NCBI RefSeq assembly: GCF_052425735.1
Contig: NC_135761.1
Coordinates: forward strand, 52,018,001-52,082,000
Length of the DNA stretch: 64,000 nucleotides
Reading direction: 5' to 3'
Source: Oculina patagonica
Lineage: Eukaryota
In this document: piece by piece, positions 61,601-64,000 of the stretch
Layout of the letters: each line of letters opens with the position of its first letter
Position numbering within the stretch: the first letter of the stretch is position 1
The notes under the pieces: generated by a model
What the model saw: the letters and a program-made list of their open reading frames with translations, nothing else
What the model was told of the DNA's origin: nothing
Databases searched by the model: none
Program-made: the position numbers and the translations under genes

Positions 61601-63798
61601 GAAGTACTCTGTGACGTGTTTAAGCGACGATGCTCCAACCTTGACAGGCACTTCAACAAAGGAGTTCCTATTGTTCACACGAGCTGACGGCGTGCGGGCT
61701 GGGACCGACTATACTTGCCACCTGACCATGACAGTATCTGCCTATAACGGGACGTTCCTTGGAGGGGGACCCTTGGGATCTTTGTGGACCAGGACGACGC
61801 CAAAAAGCGAAGAAACCTCGGTTACTACCGTAGAGGGCAAAGGTTACTGAAGTTAAATTTTATGAGTTTATTTAATAAGAGGTCTGGTACGTAATGCAAA
61901 ACAATCATTATTCCGAGAACTTCATATGTTTGTTAATGACATTCACTACAGAAATTGTATTACAATCACACCAGCTAAACATGTTTTGTTTAATCCTGTT
62001 TAACAAAATGGAAATGTCTAAGAGTAAACTGAAACACTGAATTTTACAAAGGGTTCATGTAAGCTCTAATTTGTTCTTTCACTTTGTGCTAAATTTAAGT
62101 CGACAAGTCACCCTAGAGGGAGAGGGTGATGGAGGTGCGCACTCCCCCCCCCCCCCTCGAGGTGACCTGCGGCTTTCTAATACAACTGGTATTCGGCCAA
62201 AATAAACTCCATTCCTTAGTGGTGCACCCCTCATGGGTGATGGCCCCTGTTTTAAACCGTATTTAACTATACAGCTTTTAAAAGTGTTCCAGCTTTAGTG
62301 CAAGTGGGGTATCAGCTTACAGGATATTCGTATTTCTAACATTTTAGCTCCAGTAACCAACACGACTGCCAATAAGACAAACTATTTCTTGGATGTTACT
62401 TTCTACGATTTCAGGTAATTAATAAATAATGAACTATTTTAACCCTATTCAGACCGGGCTTTTTTGGACCTTCTCAGACCGGGGGGGGGGCTTCGGAAGC
62501 CCCCCCTATCTAACTTTCAGAATATTTAAGCAATCACAATGAAACTTATAGGATGTATTGTATGTCCGAAAATCTTTCTTTTGGTATATGTCACGTGATA
62601 TGGTGACGTCACATCACGTGACAATTACATCATGATGTCAAAACAGCCGCCATCTTGGATCCGCCATCTTGGATTTCAAATTTTTTCCAAAATGCCCGAA
62701 AACCACCCAAAATTATTGCAAAGTACTCAAAATCAATAAAAAATGTGCTTTAAACCCGTAAAAATGTAAAAATAATTCCATTTAAGTTGATTTTTATTGA
62801 CAGAAACACGCAAAATTACAAATTTGGGAAAACATGCCTGTCAAAATGACGTTGCCATGGTAATGTCAAGTTCATGACACATCATCCAACCCTACCAAAT
62901 TGTTGCCATATAAATTTTAGGAAAACTCAGAAAGGTTGGGAGCGTTTGATTTAATCTTAAAAAAGTTATAAAAGTTCAAAGTCAGCGCGGGCCTCAAAAG
63001 CCCCCCCCCCCCCCGGTCTGAATAGGGTTAAGTTTTCATATTAATCGGCTATTATGGATTTTTATTAGAAATGCCTGAACCTTTAAAAAAAGATGGTGGC
63101 GTAAACAATTCTCTTTTAAGATTTTAAGTCGCGTGTTTCATGAAAAGGCTACAGCTCAGAAAGTCATTTTTATCTGTCATCCATAAATAATCGATATCCT
63201 GCGATATCGGTAGGTTGTTAAGATTCGTCCGAAGTCTTGCAAAGCACCGTGTGGCCACATGAAGTTTTTCTTGCTGTTAAATGCATTACGTTGACAATTT
63301 ATTGACTAATCAAACAATTATCCTGCTCAATCTTGCGGAATATCGTCTTTAACAAACCCGGTCTACGGCCTCGTCGGCTAAGTATCAGACGATTTTGTAG
63401 GATAATTTCTAATTACAGCATTCAATTGTTAGTCCTTCATTGCATGATTTATTGCTTCCATGCTTGTTCTTTAGAGCTGCTGACGGTGACTTTGTAGGAA
63501 TCCCCAGTAATTACCGTGAAATGTACAACAGCCCAAGATACATCGCAAGCCCGTATACCAGTTGGCTAGCGGTATCTTCAAACCCAACTGGAGACAGCTT
63601 CTCTGATTGGTTCAGAGCCGAGTCATTAAGAAACCAGCATTATGAAGGGAGCCTGCAACTAAAGAAACAGTGGGAAACAGATTCTAATGGCAATCCAGTG
63701 TTTCGGTATTTTAATGACAAATTCTTCCCAGTCGATGGCCGTGGATGGGGAGCAGAAGGACAGAGGGATTGTTACACTAATGCACTGAGGAATTATGG
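34655..63798 (+). CDS. Giant secreted or surface LRR protein: signal peptide, LRR N-cap, about 36 LRRs, LRR C-cap, FN3-like, fibro-slime/PA14-like; at least 1320 aa, runs off the window
   Basis: Manual GT-AG assembly with no stop codons. Exons: 34655-34947; 36103-36168, 36701-36772, 36900-36965, 37380-37451, 37535-37603, 39012-39083, 39265-39348, 40335-40406, 40550-40621, 41664-41747, 42363-42440, 42860-42937, 43396-43476, 44005-44058, 44603-44674, 45189-45266, 45645-45722, 45812-45883, 45989-46054, 46514-46585, 47331-47402, 50951-51022, 51329-51400, 52188-52259, 52791-52892, 53279-53353, 53613-53696, 53803-53874, 54015-54083, 55049-55126, 55808-55879, 56103-56171, 57469-57540, 58016-58087, 58402-58473, 58902-58967, 59136-59207 (all phase 2/2, LxLxxNxI pattern); 60028-60209 (NQFACDC...C...C C-cap); 60600-60733 and 61590-61842 (PVNV..LNVTWDRP..YSV..GTDY, FN3-like; weak donor at 61842); 62348-62414 and 63475-63798. 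Confidence 0.88.
37740..37878. repeat. Degenerate (TGC/TGT)n trinucleotide tract
   Basis: gctgctgttgctgttgctgttgctgctg and similar runs. Confidence 0.7.
37879..38767. mobile_element. hAT-like MITE in LRR gene intron
   Basis: TIR caggggcggatccagg / cctggatccgcccctg; imperfect 8-bp flanks gttgttct / gttcttgt. Confidence 0.7.
39425..39913. mobile_element. Non-autonomous element with terminal hairpin (Crypton-associated type)
   Basis: Fold-back 39434-39573 (cttattaacc...ggttaataag) and subterminal inverted repeat ttattatatggc / gccatataataa. Confidence 0.6.
40658..41235 (+). mobile_element. TTAA-specific piggyBac-like MITE, copy 1
   Basis: TTAA|ccctattcagaccggg...cccggtctgaataggg|TTAA. Confidence 0.85.
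41956..42222 (-). mobile_element. tRNA-derived SINE with V-SINE-like core and (TTTA)n tail
   Basis: Minus strand: A box tggcgcagtgg, B box ggttcgattcc, core ggtttttctccgggttctccggttttcctccc, tail atttatttatttatt. Confidence 0.8.
49498..50169 (+). repeat. Tandem duplication, 2 x about 337 bp
   Basis: Unit aattgtgcaactcagcagaaat...ggaagtgctgaagcac starts at 49498 and 49835; nearly identical. Confidence 0.9.
50558..50754. repeat. Inverted pair of tRNA-SINE fragments inside a MITE
   Basis: Arms 50558-50638 and 50674-50754 contain B box ggttcgattccc. Confidence 0.8.
54320..54611. mobile_element. GC-rich near-perfect palindromic MITE, AcademH-like
   Basis: TAG...CTA termini, about 130-bp arms, 9-bp TSD tttgaaccc at 54311-54319 and 54612-54620. 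Confidence 0.85.
55157..55679 (-). mobile_element. Non-autonomous Crypton-like element keeping the recombinase N-terminal fragment
   Basis: MASRFASSTEQEIKNSLDDKDSENAKRSTKVAKELF on the minus strand; hairpin about 55175-55276; subterminal inverted repeat ttattatacattg / caatgtataataa. Confidence 0.65.
56359..57160. mobile_element. Kolobok-like MITE
   Basis: TTAA|ggtcgcgc...acccttgc / gcaagggtc...gcgcgacc|TTAA. Confidence 0.8.
57731..57899. mobile_element. Short palindromic MITE
   Basis: tggattaccactgacgcgta / tacgcgtcagtggaaatcca. Confidence 0.65.
58105..58208. repeat. Degenerate (TGACT/TGACG)n pentamer repeat
   Basis: ttgacttgacttaacgtgtcttgacttgacgtg run. Confidence 0.7.
59389..59817. mobile_element. 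Tc1/pogo-like MITE
   Basis: TA|cagtgaaacccc...gggattccactg|TA. Confidence 0.75.
60756..61042. mobile_element. MITE (PIF/Harbinger-like, tentative)
   Basis: TIR tagagcagttttcaattgagtgtcg / cgacactcaagtgaaaaccgctcta. Confidence 0.7.
62443..63027 (-). mobile_element. TTAA-specific piggyBac-like MITE, copy 2, inverted relative to 40658-41235
   Basis: Same TIRs and TTAA TSD; interior is a near-identical reverse complement of copy 1. Confidence 0.85.
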
Positions 63799-64000
63799 GT
63801 ATGTAGCAATGTACGGGCACAACATGAATGCAAACCTTTGCTCTATAATAGTTTGTCTGAATCGCTTCTTTGATCAGAATAATAAAAGAATATAGTTAGG
63901 CCATAAAAAATAAAATAATAAATAATAACTTTATTTAAGTGTCGATGTCTTTAGCACTGTTGTGCTAATGGGGGACACTGTAAACAGAACAGAATGACCA

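Noticed and set aside
34655-63798. Calling the LRR gene Slit, a TLR or an LGR
   Set aside because: No internal cap pairs, EGF, TIR or 7TM region in the window; the region after the LRRs is FN3-like plus fibro-slime-like.

Overview
Eukaryotic, AT-rich, intron-rich genomic DNA. The repeat families suggest a cnidarian, probably a stony coral (inference). Left to right: (1) an internally deleted Academ-type DNA transposon (140-2983) with a nested MITE; (2) a young Penelope-like retroelement inserted as a 1.5-kb inverted repeat (3865-7827), with a minimal hammerhead ribozyme in each arm, a nonsense codon shared by both arms and a 12-bp target-site duplication (TSD); (3) a tandem cluster of three secreted long-pentraxin genes (9207-29316) plus remnants, which differ by a phase-1/1 two-exon module, show mosaic similarity, and include a frameshifted third copy; (4) a very large + strand gene (31623/34655 to beyond 63798) that the ORF track barely shows. 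I assembled it by hand from GT-AG sites: two interchangeable 293-bp first exons, 37 consecutive phase-2/2 micro-exons encoding about 36 leucine-rich repeats (LRRs), an LRR C-cap, an FN3-like domain and the start of a fibro-slime/PA14-type domain. This LRR-FN3-fibro-slime protein is the best candidate for an undescribed system. Introns and intergenic DNA hold many MITEs, SINEs and Crypton remnants. All gene models are manual and need RNA-seq confirmation.
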